Shown: piece after piece, positions 1-12,370 of the stretch | How the letters are laid out: each line of letters starts with the position of its first letter | Numbering within the stretch: position 1 is the stretch's first letter | Assembly: GCA_951406725.2 (NCBI GenBank) | Contig: OX597817.1 | Span: 10,726,001-10,790,000 of the forward strand | Reading direction: 5' to 3' | From: Octopus vulgaris | Lineage: Eukaryota | DNA: 64,000 nucleotides | Position numbers and translations under genes: made by a program | Notes under the pieces: generated by a model | Told to the model about the DNA's origin: nothing | Databases searched by the model: none | What the model saw: the letters and a program-made list of their open reading frames with translations, nothing else

Positions 1-1046
1 AAAACGGAAAATAGATTATCACGTATTCTTCAACGAGACGAGAAGCTAGAGATCTATGATGCGGGGGTAATTAAAAAAAAAAGGCACTAGATTTGTAACG
101 AGTGAGCAAGGCAGGCCGGGTGGGAGTAAGGATCCATAATGCGGTAAGGCAGACCGGGCTGGGTAAGCACGAGATCAGAGATGCAGCGGGACGGGACGAA
201 CAAGAGTGACACCGCGAAGCAAGGGAGATAAATGGGCTTTAGATTCTTGATGTGACTGGATGGGACAAGCAGACGGCACTGTGGCTGGACAGGTCGAGCA
301 GGAGTAAGATCCGTGGATTGGCTATGATCTGCAACAAGAGGAAATAGATGAGAGTTGTAATGTTTCAAAGTGTTATCTCCTTCATGTTATCTTTCTTGGA
401 TCACCACTAAAGTTTTCGTTTCCATTAGTAAGGTCAAGGTCAAATCAAACTGATAAACCCATTCTTTGCGAGACTATTTGCTACTGTCATAACTCACAGT
501 ACGAAAAGTAAACGAAGCGCTTCGGAATCGAAATTGCGACATTGTCAATGAACACTTCATCCTTCTCCAACGAAGGAACCTATTCGAAACGTTAGCTTTC
601 TTTATGATTAAATAGTTTATTCCACACCACAAACTTTTTATACTTACTGTTTACCGACCCAGATTTCCATCATTTTTGCCTTGTTTCTCTTACAACAGAG
701 TCGATAACTTATTACTAATACTGCGTCACATGCATGTGCTCTTTAGCACTTGGCGGCAGAGTGAATTAATATGTTTATGGGAAATATAGAGGAAAATTTG
801 CCATACATAGGATCGATAAAAAAGAGAAAAGATACTCAACTAGGAAGAGCAGTGTACACACAAAGTTCACCTATTTGTATGACGGTAGCATGACAAGTTA
901 CACCGGAGTGATTTTTTTTTTCAGTTTCCTTCTCTAAATTTATTGAGGTAACAATATTCGGTGCTACTTTGGCATGTGATCTACAATTTAAAGGGCGATT
1001 ACTTTAGGTTACTTTTTAGTTTACTTCTCAATTTCTAAAATCCCTT

Positions 1047-1240
1047 ATGATTTTGGCTAAAGGTTTTTACAATGTGATCAGCGACGAGACGAAAGCAGTT
1101 GCATTTTTACGAAGAAATGGCCTTTTAGATGATGAAGAAAATGTTGTACCATGTTATCGTTGTGGTGGGAAAATAAAGGAAGCTCGGGGAGAAGGGGAAA
1201 ATGGTGAAATTTTGCTAACTTTACGTTGCAAAACTTGTGT
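1047..1240 (+). pseudogene. Merlin transposase N-terminal Zn-ribbon fragment
   Basis: ISDETKAVAFLRRNGLL...CYRCGG...LRCKTC resembles the IS1595/Merlin N-terminal zinc ribbon. The DDE domain is missing. Confidence 0.65.
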
Positions 1241-1298
1241 GACCTACCTGTTTATTTTAATTATCATATTGTTTATTCTTGGTCTCTTATTATTATTT

Positions 1299-1606
1299 GC
1301 TTGTTCCTTCTCGAGCCATGCCTGGCTCATAAGGGCCGGTTTCCCGGTTTCCTTGGCGTATAGGTCTTCCCCCCACCCCCTGGACGGGATGCCGGTCCGT
1401 CGCAGGTGAGCTGCAAGATGCAGGAGGAAAGAGTGAGAGAAAGTTGTGGCAAAAGAGTCAGCAGAAGTTCGCCATTACCTTCTGCCGGAGCCGCGTGAAG
1501 CTTAGGTGTTTCGCTCATAAACACACACATCGCCCGGTCTGAGATTCCAACCTGCGATCCTTCGACCACAAGTCCGCTGCTCTAACCACTAGGCCATGTG
1601 TCTCCA
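1299..1606 (-). mobile_element. tRNA-derived SINE (family V; V-SINE-like domain) inserted in the Merlin element
   Basis: tRNA-like head TGGCCTAGTGGTTAGAGCAGCGGAC...GGTTGGAATCTC and a CTGCGACGGACCGGCATCCCGTCCAGG domain. 13-bp TSD CTTATTATTATTT (1286-1298 / 1607-1619). Confidence 0.85.
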
Positions 1607-2452
1607 CTTATTATTATTTACTAAGACATAATGGAAACGTGGTTTTACTATAACTAAAATAAGTTTGAAAAAATACATTTACAATGCTAAGTATGTGCAA
1701 AAAAAATTATAAAAAAAAAGTCTAGAAACTAAAAAGTAACGTAAAAAAGGAACGTAAAAAAAGTCAAAACTAAAAAGTAACGTAAAAAAGTAACGTAAAA
1801 AAAAAGTCAAAACTAAAAAGTAACGTAAAGTAATCTCCCTTTAAATTGTAGATCACACGCCAAAGTAACACCCAATATCCAACTGTAGATAATGCAATTC
1901 ACTCGATTGCAAATTTATATCTTAAGAAGAGATTTTGCTATATTTAAATTTATGAAACTAGAATAAACTTCAATTTCATGTCAGTGCATGACCCAGATAA
2001 AGAAAATGCCCTGAATATTAAACAATTTTATATTGATCAAAATACAAATCAACAACTGGTCAGTTTCCTCAATGAAATAACGAGGAGATTATAGAGCTCT
2101 GAAGTAATCTCTGAATAAGTGTCTTTTATTTATTTATTTATTTATTTATATCTTATTTTATCTTCTTTTGGTTGTTTGAGTCATTAGACTGCGGTCATGC
2201 TGGGACACCGCAAGTCTATTAGGTTAAGAGTGGGTTTTGAACTAAGAATGCAAGGAGATGGAATAAATAACACCAGGTACCCCGGCTTTCATTGTACTGA
2301 ATTGGCATTTTTTTTATTGACCCCGAAAGGAGGAAAGGCAAAGTTGACCTCGTCGGAATTTGAACTCAGAACACAGCGAGTCGGGACAAATACCGCGAAG
2401 CATTCTCTCCGACGCTCTAATGACTCTGCAAATTCCCCGCTGCGTGCTTTGA

Positions 2453-2595
2453 GTGTATGCGCGTGGGTGTGTGGGTGTGTTAGTGCGTGTGTGTGTGAGT
2501 GTGCGTGTGTGTTCGTGTATGTGTGTGTGTGTGTTTGTGTGCGTGTGTATGTGTGTTTCTTTGTGTGTGCATGTGTGTGTGCATGTGTGTGTGTA

Positions 2596-2635
<40 letters not shown>

Positions 2636-2845
2636 CGTGTATGTGTGTGCGTATGTTTGTGTGCGTGTGTATGTGTGTTTCTTTGTGTGTGCATGTGTGC
2701 GTGTGTGTGTGTGTATGTGTGTGCATGTGTGTATGTGCATGTGTGTGTGTGTGTATGTTTGTGTGCGTGTGTATGTTTGTGTGCGTATGTGTATGTTTCT
2801 TTGTGTGTGCGCGCGCGTGTGTGTGTGTGTGTATGTACGTACGTA
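2453..2845. repeat. Degenerate (TG)n microsatellite with ~120-bp higher-order repeat
   Basis: TG-rich tract in which TTTCTTTGTGTGTGC recurs at ~2556, ~2678 and ~2796. Confidence 0.9.
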
Positions 2846-3503
2846 TGCACCCTTGAAATTCGGAAGAAACCTCAATATTCTGTGACAGTGTTCGATAATG
2901 TCTGGCGATAAAAATGTTTGGATGAAGGTTTGCACTTAGAATAGAGAAATGCCTGGCCATGAAATAAGCTCTGAACAATGAAATTACCAGTTGCAGATGT
3001 AAGTACTGGTTACTTTGTGATAGGTAAAATATATAGCTGATTACTGTTCGATTTTTCCGCGTGAAAAATTACAAAATCAAAAACGATGCTTCTCCTTTTT
3101 GCCTTGACAATATACATACATACATACACGTGAGTGAGCATGCGTGAATATATTCGCGCGTACGTGCATATATGAGACCGTGTGGGCGTATATGAATATG
3201 TGATAATGTATACATGAGCCCCCACCGACCTCCCTTAATTATCACAGGCGAGTTAAGGCGGCGTGAAAAAATGTGCAGACTGCCAGTTAGTCATTCGTTT
3301 ACGGATACAGTGAAACTCCACCATTTTTTTTTCCGTATGCAATCTTCACAACACGTCATGAAAATATACGTAAAATGCTTTCTTTTACCTCGCATCACTG
3401 GTCGTTTTCAGAAAATACTTGCCTTCTTTTATTTGTGAAAGAAAAAGGAACTGTCTCTGAGAATATCTTTTGCGGGCTATTTTTGTAATGTTGATACTGT
3501 GTG

Positions 3504-3563
<60 letters not shown>

Positions 3564-4336
3564 TTCGCGTTTATGTTAACTCTTTCCTCTGTGTATCTAC
3601 TTATATTAATGAAAGACTGACTCTCCCTCCCATTTTCTTTCTTGAGAAAACTATTCTGTTAACCTGAACTATGCACCCACTACCAGACTTCAATGAAACT
3701 CTCATATTTCACTCATACGTCTACGATCAGCGAGCGAAATCCTACCACCCAGACGTTTAGTCTCCTAGTGACACTCACACAAAGGCAGATACAGACATCG
3801 CCAGTAAGTAACATTTAACAACTCTACCATAACCAGCATTAACGCCATCTCCAATATAGTCACACCTAATGTTATACTAACAAGGGGAAAAAAAACCACA
3901 TCTAGCATCCTTGCTAGCAACAACAAATCGATACATGTAGATTCAGTGATTGATTGATATGATTTACTTGAAGAAGTGATTATGTTGCAACTGGAATAAA
4001 AATACTTATGTTACGTTAGAAAACAAAAGCCATTTTTTACTGGCTGCAGTGTGATGCAAATGAATCCGGAAATTTTGATTCAATACTATGACAATACTAA
4101 TAATAAATTAACGTTTTTTGATCATACTTGAAAGTGTGAACCTGGCAGACGATGGGCCTCGATTTCGACCTAACATGTCACTCGGTTTTGGTGCAGCTTC
4201 AGCTCCTCTCTTACTTTTTCATTCAGACTGTTTATATACCAAATCAATACCCAAAACAAATTAGCAAATGGCGTAGATTTGGCAATTTGTCGGCTTACGA
4301 ATTCAACAGAAAAGAATTTTTGAATTAGAGTAATAC

Positions 4337-4551
4337 CGGTTTCAAATTTTGGTACAAGGCCAGCAATTTCTCAGGAGATGGTAAATTGATTACATCGATC
4401 CCGATGCTCAACTGGCACTTATTTTATCGGCCCCTTTGGGATGAAAGGCAAAGCCGGTCTCGGCAGAATTTGAACTCAGAACGTAAAGGCAGACAAAATC
4501 TTGCTAAGCATTTTGCCCAATGTGGTAACAATTCTGCCAGTTCACCGCTTT
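4337..4551 (-). mobile_element. SINE family M (tRNA head + GCCTTTCATCC...GATAAAATAAGTACCAG central domain), old copy
   Basis: Homologous to many copies in the window. Tail ...GGCCTTGTACCAAAATTTGAAACC. Confidence 0.8.
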
Positions 4552-4599
4552 AAATGAGAGTAATATTAGAAATCGGAGATGTACTTGTTTACTTCTATT

Positions 4600-5375
4600 G
4601 TCTGCTATGTTCCAAGAGCTAACCATTTCTTTTCTTATTCTTCTTATAGCCTAAAATACTTGCTGCTGCTTCTTCATATGTTAACTGGGAGCATCGTCCT
4701 TGGTTGTTTAGCTAGCAAGTGCACGGAAGCAATTCTTGATTTCTAGGATAAACTGTCGTTTGGTGTTAAAACACTTTAGTTTGTGATATTTTGCTGATTC
4801 TTTTCTTTATCTTGCGAATATTCAACTTCACTATAGCTGTTAAGCAATGCAGTGGTCACTGAATACGCCGCTCCAGTTCTAACATTTATAAGTAGCCTCG
4901 CATTTCTCAAAGATGATAGAATGATTTATCTGATGGACCAATCTGCCATTAGGTGACGTCAATGTGAGCTTTTGGCTGTTCATGTGAAAAAAGAAGGTAT
5001 CTCCGATGATTCTGTTGAAGCAAAAATCGATTAAACGTTTACCATCATTAATCACACCTCAAGTCGTATTTTCCCATCAAATAAGCCCAGAAGCATCAAA
5101 TCGATGTATTCCTTCCATTTAAGAGATCTTGATGATAAGAATGATCTAGTAGTCTTCTCTTCAAAGTGAAATCATCTACACTAAGAAATTGATAGGCTGA
5201 TCAGTTATGCAAATCGGACAAATCTTAACATCAAAATCTCAAAAGCAACCTGTGCTTATCATTGTCAACGGTGATCCACTAGTTTGTATGGAAAACTCGA
5301 CATGTGTGGGATGCCTTACTAGTAAAGTCATTGGGGCGAAAAATGATATCCATGTAAAGCTTTCTAACGTTCGTG
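4600..5375. pseudogene. Decayed RTE-clade LINE: endonuclease fragment (- strand, ~4600-5100) and RT C-terminal fragment (+ strand, ~5170-5375)
   Basis: The minus strand gives RLIDFC...IGDTFF, KLTLTSPNGRLVHQINHSII and SDH (APE motifs). The plus strand gives IIVNGDPLVCMENSTCVGCLTSKVIGAKNDIHVKL (RT thumb-like). Confidence 0.55.
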
Positions 5376-5592
5376 AATCTAATGGCTGAAGCAAATGCTA
5401 TTTATATTTTGTTATACTTTGTCTGCCAGGTCACACTATCATCTTTAATAATGGTTTCAAATTTTGGTACAAGGCCAGCAGATTTGGGGTTGGAGGTAAA
5501 TCGATTAAATCGAGCTCAGCGTTCAACTGGTACTTATTTTATCAACCTTGAAAGGATAAAGGGCAAAATCGACCTCGGTGGATTTGAACTTT

Positions 5593-6188
5593 CAACCATC
5601 TTTGATGCAGTACCAGGCAGATGCCCTGCTGCAGTACCAGACGCTGGCTCTCATGGCTTCTACTCTTAACTGATTGGAAGTGTTATCATGTGCATTGTTT
5701 TTTCTTGGTATAAAAGATGGGCTACATCAAATATTCCGCTCAATACCACAGATTTGCTCGTCAGTAGTTTGACCTTAACCAGTAGAGCATGTCCTTTAGT
5801 GGTTGACGATATGTACATCTCTGATCACGAGCTGAAGTAGTGAGGGAGCATCATAGCCATATGTTGAGAGGGATTCTTTGAACTTTGGATAATTCACCTT
5901 TGGAAACATGGGTGTTTTGTTCAACATCCTTAAACAACCCTTATTCGGGAACCTTTTCAGCGCGATGGGCTACTAAACCAGAAGAAAATTCTAACTGGGC
6001 CCCACCTGCAAGGTCATGCGCTGTTTATCTTGATATGAGATCATCATGTCGCGTACATATGGGTGTGATGCATGTGCCTGATGTACCCTTATCAGACGGA
6101 TAGCCATGATGGGTATACTGGGCTTCGTATATTTTACCCCAGGGTCACTTTGATGGCATGCACTGCTCTTTCATTCAATAATAATAAT
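5593..6188 (+). mobile_element. Retroposon-like segment (probable LINE 3' UTR) ending in (AAT)n
   Basis: A GC-richer block abruptly truncates a SINE-M copy (5453-5592) and ends ...CATTCAATAATAATAAT. No ORF recognised. Confidence 0.4.
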
Positions 6189-6857
6189 CTTGTAATTGAA
6201 CTTACTCAGATTTTCTGAACTCGATCATGCCACCCAACATGATCCTACATGGTAGTTAGGAGATCAGTAGAGCAACATCCTGTGTTTGTACAGAGCTGGT
6301 CGATGAAGAATTTTGCTGGAGGCTGACCCATATTTTATGCATGTCAAAATGTCAATTGGAATATATCATTAAGTCCTGACACAACCTTCAAGCAATTCCA
6401 GCAAACACATGCACTTCTGTTTGTCCGTCTATGTGTCTCTCTCTCCCCCTCTCTCTCCCCCTCTCTCTCTCCCTCTCTCTCCTCCCTCTCTCTCCCCTCT
6501 CTCTCTCACTCTTTTCCCCTCCCTCTCCCTCCCTCTCTCTCGCCTTCTCTCTCTCTCGTGAAATATCTGTTTACAAGAAGATTGTTATGGTTGGCTGCTT
6601 TTTTTTGCACGAAATAATCAGAACGTCCTGTAACATGTGGGGGTGGGCTCAAGCCTTGTCTCCAGATGTTAAATGAATGATCAAGCAGTGGATCCGTATA
6701 ACACAACTAATTCCGCGACGGCACGAAATAAACTTCTCTTAACGTTTAATACTGATGACTTCCAGATGAGACCGAAAGCAATAAAGAACAATCTATGCTT
6801 TCGCGAGACGAATTTTAACATGCTTTCCTTCTGTGGCTGCGTTGTTACTCTCTAAAT

Positions 6858-7029
6858 CAGTGCTTTTCAAACTTTTTGCTGGCTCGAGGAACCCCTGTGC
6901 AATAATTTAATAGTCTTATGCACACATATCTGCACAGGAGACTTTAAAATTACTGCCGAGTTTAGCAGTTTTGTAATTTCTTGCGGAACCCCTGCACTGT
7001 ACTGGCGGAACCCTGGTTGAAAACCACTG
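6858..7029. mobile_element. hAT (Charlie-like) MITE
   Basis: TIRs CAGTGCTTTTCAA / TTGAAAACCACTG and a perfect 8-bp TSD CTCTAAAT. Second copy at 60848-61066. Confidence 0.85.
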
Positions 7030-7190
7030 CTCTAAATATATGGAATTTATAAATTAGAGTTTGTTTGATTGTGCTTACTGAGTCCTCTTGATTGTATCAA
7101 ATGTATTCAGTCTTTGAAACATTGATATAACTATCAATATCAATCGCTTGGAAAAATAAAACAGTAGAAGTTAATAATAGTAATAATAAT

Positions 7191-7763
7191 CCTTTCTACT
7201 ATAGGCACAAGGTGTGACATTTTGGGAGAGGGGTTCGTCGATTACATCGACTCCATTGCTCGATTGGTACTTATTTTATTGACCCTGAAAGGATGAAAGG
7301 CAAAGTACCTCGACGGAATTTGAACTCAGAACGTAGCGGCAGACGAAATACCTATTTCTTTACTACCACAAGGGGCTAAACACAGAGGGGACAAACAAGG
7401 ACAGACAAACGGATTAAGTCGATTATATCGACCCCAGTGCGTAACTGGTACTTAATTTATCGACCCCGAAAGGATGAAAGGCAAAGTCGACCTCGGCGGA
7501 ATTTGAACTCAGAACGTAGCGGCAGACGAAATACCTATTTCTTTACTACCCACAAGGGGCTAAACACAGAGAGGACAAACAAGGACAGACAAACGGATTA
7601 AGTCGATTATATCGACTCCAGTACGTAACTGGTACTTATTTAATCGACCCCGAAAGGATGAAAGGCAAAGTCGACCTCGACGGAATTTGAACTCAGAACG
7701 TAGCGGCAGACGAAATATCGCTAAGCATTTCGCCCGGCGTGCTAATGATTCTGCCAGCTCGCC
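7191..7763 (-). mobile_element. SINE family M trimer
   Basis: Head at 7763, two tail-A units (junctions at 7353 and 7536), and a last unit with a different tail ending in (ATT)n. Confidence 0.9.
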
Positions 7764-7786
7764 AAGTTTTTGCTACAACAACAACA

Positions 7787-7787
7787 G

Positions 7788-7823
<36 letters not shown>

Positions 7824-7824
7824 T

Positions 7825-7906
<82 letters not shown>

Positions 7907-8081
7907 CCCTTCTACTGGCGGGATCAAAAGGCCTCAGATTTGTCGGGAGGGCACCAGTCGATTACATCGACTCCAGTGCTGGACTGGTACTTATTTTATC
8001 GACCCCGAAAGGATGAAAGGTAGTCAACGCTGGCGATAAGCATTTCGCCCGGCGTGCTATCGATTCTGCAACCTCACTGCC

Positions 8082-8149
<68 letters not shown>

Positions 8150-8313
8150 TGCCTGAAGAAGAAGAAGAAGAAGAAGAAGAAGAAGAAGAAGAAGAAGAAG
8201 AAGAAGAAGAAGAAGAAGAAGAAGAAGAAAGACGAAGAAGAAGAAGAAGAAGAAGAAGAAGAAGAAGAAGAAGAAGAAGAAGAAGAAGAAGAAGAAGAAG
8301 AAGAAGAAGAAGA
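7787..8313. repeat. Compound microsatellites (CTA)n, (AAT)n, (GAA)n with a deleted SINE-M copy (7905-8083)
   Basis: Read directly from the sequence. Confidence 0.9.
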
Positions 8314-9034
8314 ATCCTTTCTACTAAAGGCATAAGGCCTGAAATTTGTGGGGAGTGGACTAGTCGATTGCATCGACTCCAGAGTTTCACTGGTATTTAA
8401 TGATAATAATAACACTCAAAGAACGCAAACCTCTCCCAAGGCAACACTAACGGTCCTCTCAACGATTGGCCAGAGATTATTATTAAAATGAAAATTTCTG
8501 AAAAAAAACTTGACTGCTCTCACAAACGAGAATGCTAAAAACGAACCTGACCGCTCTCAAACGGAAAAAACAATCCAAATATACATATATATTGAGTGAG
8601 AGGTGAAGGGAGAGGAGATGAAATACTATTACAGGGAAGGGGAAGTAGTGAGAGTAATAGCCATGACTGGGAGTGAGTGAGAAAAAGTAATGACAATGAG
8701 AAAGACGAAACGAAGAGGCAAAGAGAGCATTGTATGAATGAGAATGGAAGGAGTGATAGATGAATAACGAAGGAAGGAGTGAAATAGTCGATAAACGGCA
8801 TTTGAAGTGTGAGTATGTGTGTGTAAAAGAGAGGCATGTTTGCATGCATGTGTGTGTGTGTGTGCGTGCATGAGTATGTGTGTGTACAATGGAAATGGGA
8901 TGGTAATGTTCAACGTATTTTATTTGTTATTCTATTTTTTATTTAAACAAAAATATATTTGTTAAAATATTTCGTATTTTACAAGATTATTTACGTATAT
9001 TTATTAATTTATCTAATTAATTATTTTTTATCTT

Positions 9035-9117
9035 TAACCTGAAGAGTGGCTATATTTATATTGAAGTGATTTTACTATTATCATTTCTTAAATATAGCCA
9101 CGAAACACGTGTCGTTA
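9035..9117 (+). ncRNA. Type I hammerhead ribozyme motif (Penelope-like element type)
   Basis: Helix I TAAC/GTTA; core CTGAAGA (9039-9045); perfect 13-bp helix II GTGGCTATATTTA/TAAATATAGCCAC; GAAA (9102-9105); short palindromic helix III C-ACGT-G; GTC cleavage triplet (9111-9113). Confidence 0.8.
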
Positions 9118-10446
9118 TTCTACCAAATATATACGTTTTATTTATTATTTTGCACATTACTTATCATTGTTATATGTTTTATCTTATATTTAATCTTTCT
9201 ATAATTTTTCTAGATGGTATAATATAATTTTTCATTATTGATTTGATAAAAGGTGTTTATTTCCTAATTTATATATATATATATATATATGGATGGATGG
9301 ATGGATGGATGGATGGATAGAACGAGTTTTTGAAAATTTTGAAAAATAAAAAGAAGAGAGAAAATACTTAAAATATAACAGTATAGAAAAGCAAATTAAT
9401 TAGTTATCTTTCTTTTTCTTCTCTTCTTCAGCTTTTCAAGGTGAAAAAGTCCTCAAGTGGCAATTGCAACCAGTCATAGCAAGAGTTTTTTCGTTTTGTT
9501 TTTTGTTTTGTTTTGTTTTTTAGTCATAGAAACCAGTTTCAATTCCTTCGTTCCTATTATTCCGACTAGGAACAGTTACAATGAGGCTTTGTGATCTTCT
9601 ATGGTAACAAGAACTTTTTACAACTATTTTCCCCACCTTCCAATTATCTCTGACCATACTGCGAGACAAAGGTGACAACAAACCAAGGTTACTAACATCA
9701 TATCCGATGCCTCTGTATCTCATTGTGTCTCATTGGCTCATGCATAGTGGCATCAATTAACAGGTCTTCGACCTACTGCTTTGAGAGTAACTGAAACAAC
9801 ACCCTTCGACCCTTTTTCCGTATGCACATACATGTGACCATTTCTCTTAGCCCTTTCCTGGGTATACTGTTCCGGCGAGGAAAGAAAAGCTCGCTCCGCA
9901 TAGTTTTAGCAGACTACGGTATTTTTTTCCCTTGAGTTTCGTTTATTTCAGGCCTTTCTGTTGCGATAGCTACAAAGATGACAGCCGTCCTCAAAATTAT
10001 TGTTTCAGCATACATTTTTGTTTGACATGTATATGCGAATGTTGTGGTTACTGTTGTTACAACTACAAAAAAATTGCTAGAAATGTTCGTTTTAGTAGCT
10101 TTGTTGATAGAAATGTCATCCTTATTTTATTTTCAAACGTAGCTTGCTGGCATTATTTTCATGTTCATTATTTTCTCTTTTTTCACGCGAATGTGGTACG
10201 AGAAATAGTGTGGTTGCATTTCTTGTATCACGCATAACATATAGGCATACAAAATTACCACGTGAAATAGCGGGGCTGCTGTCGCTCGAAGTCATTTTAT
10301 CCATGTATGCAGATAGATGAAGGGAAATATTTGTCTGAAAACCAATTTTATAACTTCTAAACCATGTAGGGAGCAGACGTCTAAATTCCAATGTCGATAA
10401 ATCTAATACACACACACGCACACACATACACTCACACACACACACA

Positions 10447-10532
<86 letters not shown>

Positions 10533-10629
10533 GTAGGATAAAATTTTTTTCGAAAAAAATTTATTACGAAAAAAATTTTATCAATGGCCAGCATATTAAA
10601 AAATACCTTTAAAGGTTAAATTTATAAAC

Positions 10630-11069
10630 AATTCATAGATGAGGGCAAAGGAAAAAATTTTCTAATGCCAAATATGCCGAAAAATTGGACATATTGTCCA
10701 TTAACCATATAATTTTTTCACAATACGCACGCTACTCGTAAAAAGGTCGACAGCAATTTCTAAAAAACTCCATTATTACCATATCGGACCGATTTCAGAG
10801 TTAGCTCATAAGAACCCTCTCTTCGTATGGGTATGAGTAAGTATCTCATTTATTTCTTTTGCCACATGTATCACTGACGAAGAGAGGGTTCTTATGAACT
10901 AACTCTGAAATCGGTCCGATATGGTAATAATGGAATTTTTTAGAAATTGCTGTCGACCTTTTTTCGAGTAGCGTGCGTATTGTGAAAAAATTATATGGTT
11001 AATGGACAATATGTCCAATTTTTCGGCATGTTTGGCATTAAAAAATTTTTTCCTTTGCCCTCACCTATG

Positions 11070-11073
<4 letters not shown>
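10630..11073. repeat. ~197-bp inverted repeat (probable inverted Penelope pseudo-LTRs) containing a hammerhead motif
   Basis: Arms 10630-10826 and 10877-11073 are near-identical in reverse complement, with a 50-bp spacer. CTGACGA-AGAG...CTCT-GAAA-TCG-GTC lies at 10874-10916. Confidence 0.8.
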
Positions 11074-11112
<39 letters not shown>

Positions 11113-11115
<3 letters not shown>

Positions 11116-12347
11116 GGGTTGGAAAAAATAATGGGAAAACTTTAAAATTTCAAGCAAATTTATTTTTAATATGGAGTAGGACCGCCTTTGCCAGTAATTA
11201 CAGATTGAATTGTATGAGGTATGGACTCGTACAAGTTTGAATTGTTTCCAAAGGAATTTTTGTCTATTCTTCAGCTAAAACAGTCTCCACTTCTTGTAGT
11301 GGAGGATATCGACTCCTTAGTTGTTTTTCTAAAAAGCACTATAAATGTTCAATAATATTGAGCTCTGGAGACTGTGGTGGCCAGATAAGATGTTAAGCTT
11401 CACTAGAATGTTCCTCATGCCATTCAGTAACAACTTTAGCTGTGTGAATTAGTGTATTATCTTCCTGAAAGATTGCGTTTCCCTCCGGAAACAGTTCCGC
11501 AACCATAGGATGAATTTGATCAGATAAAATTATTAAATAGTCTTGACTATTAATTCTGCTATGAAGGGAAACCATTTGGTGGGCGGATTTCCAAAATATA
11601 GACCCCCGCCCCAGATCATCACAGATCCTACTCCATGTGTAACAGTTTGAAGAAGGCAGGCTGGGTCAGTTGCTTCCTTTGGCTGTTTCCTTACGTATAC
11701 TCGGCCGGTGGTCCGAAATAAGGTAAAGGATGACTCGTCCGAGAAAATAACATTCATCCACTGTTCTAGGGACCAATTTTGTAAGTTTTTACTCCACTCT
11801 AACCGCTTTACAACGTTCGCTTTTGAAAGTAGTGGTTTTCTGATTGCAGTCCCCCCGTGAAATCCGGCTTTGTGCAGCTCCCGGCAACAGTTTTTGTGGA
11901 AACTGGGTTCTCGAGGTGGTCATTAAGCTCTGCATTAATTTTGGGAGCTGTATTTTTGTGATCCTTTCTAACAATTCGCGTAAGAATCCGACGATCCCTA
12001 TCTGAAAGCTTTGGTTTTCTTCCAGAGTTTTGTCTCGACGAGGAGGTTTCTCCCTCTTTCTCAAAGGCGTCATTACTTTCGAGACAGTACTTCTTAATAC
12101 ACCAAACATTTCAGCTGTTTTCGTTACACTAGCGCCTGCCATACGACCACCAACAATTTGATCTCTTTGAAAGTCCGATAGATCTGTCATTTTAATGAAT
12201 TTTAATTACCCTTTTCTGATGATATCTGAAAGGAAACAGGCAATTTTAATAAAACATATTAAGCAACACTAATAATAAATCAAAAAACATAAAAATAAAC
12301 AAGCTTTTTACGGTTTTATATTTCAAGCTTATTTTGTCCAACCCCTG
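11113..12347 (-). mobile_element. Tc1-family DNA transposon, near full length
   Basis: TIRs CAGGGGTTGGA(A/C)AAAATAA with TA on both sides. Confidence 0.9.
11166..12190 (-). pseudogene. Tc1 (DD34E) transposase, frameshifted
   Basis: Paired-like N-terminus MTDLSDFQRDQIVG, then VIFSDESSF, GSVMIWG, FQEDN, WPPQSPELNIIEH and C-terminal GGPTPY*. Split over several frames. Confidence 0.9.
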
Positions 12348-12370
12348 TATATACATAAATAAACAAATAA

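Larger units (their letters stand above)
960..1872 (+). mobile_element. Merlin (IS1595/ISXO2-like) DNA transposon, internally deleted
   Basis: ~63-bp TIRs start GGTG(C/T)TACTTTGGC(A/G)TGTGATCTACAATTTAAAGGG (960.. and ..1872). An 8-bp TSD CAATATTC/CAATATCC flanks it. Subterminal AAACTAAAAAGTAACGT repeats lie at 1727-1830. GG termini plus an 8-bp TSD fit Merlin. Confidence 0.8.

Noticed and set aside
87-368. 93-aa minus-strand ORF in a GC-richer block
   Set aside because: No recognisable domain or exon structure; probably a TE remnant.
2197-2978. Long overlapping Cys/Val- and His/Thr-rich ORFs (and similar poly-I, poly-Y, YI and LSIY ORFs throughout)
   Set aside because: They are translations of stop-free microsatellites, open in many frames at once.
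6753-6785. CTGATGA...GAAA hammerhead-like words
   Set aside because: No helix II or helix I/III pairing.
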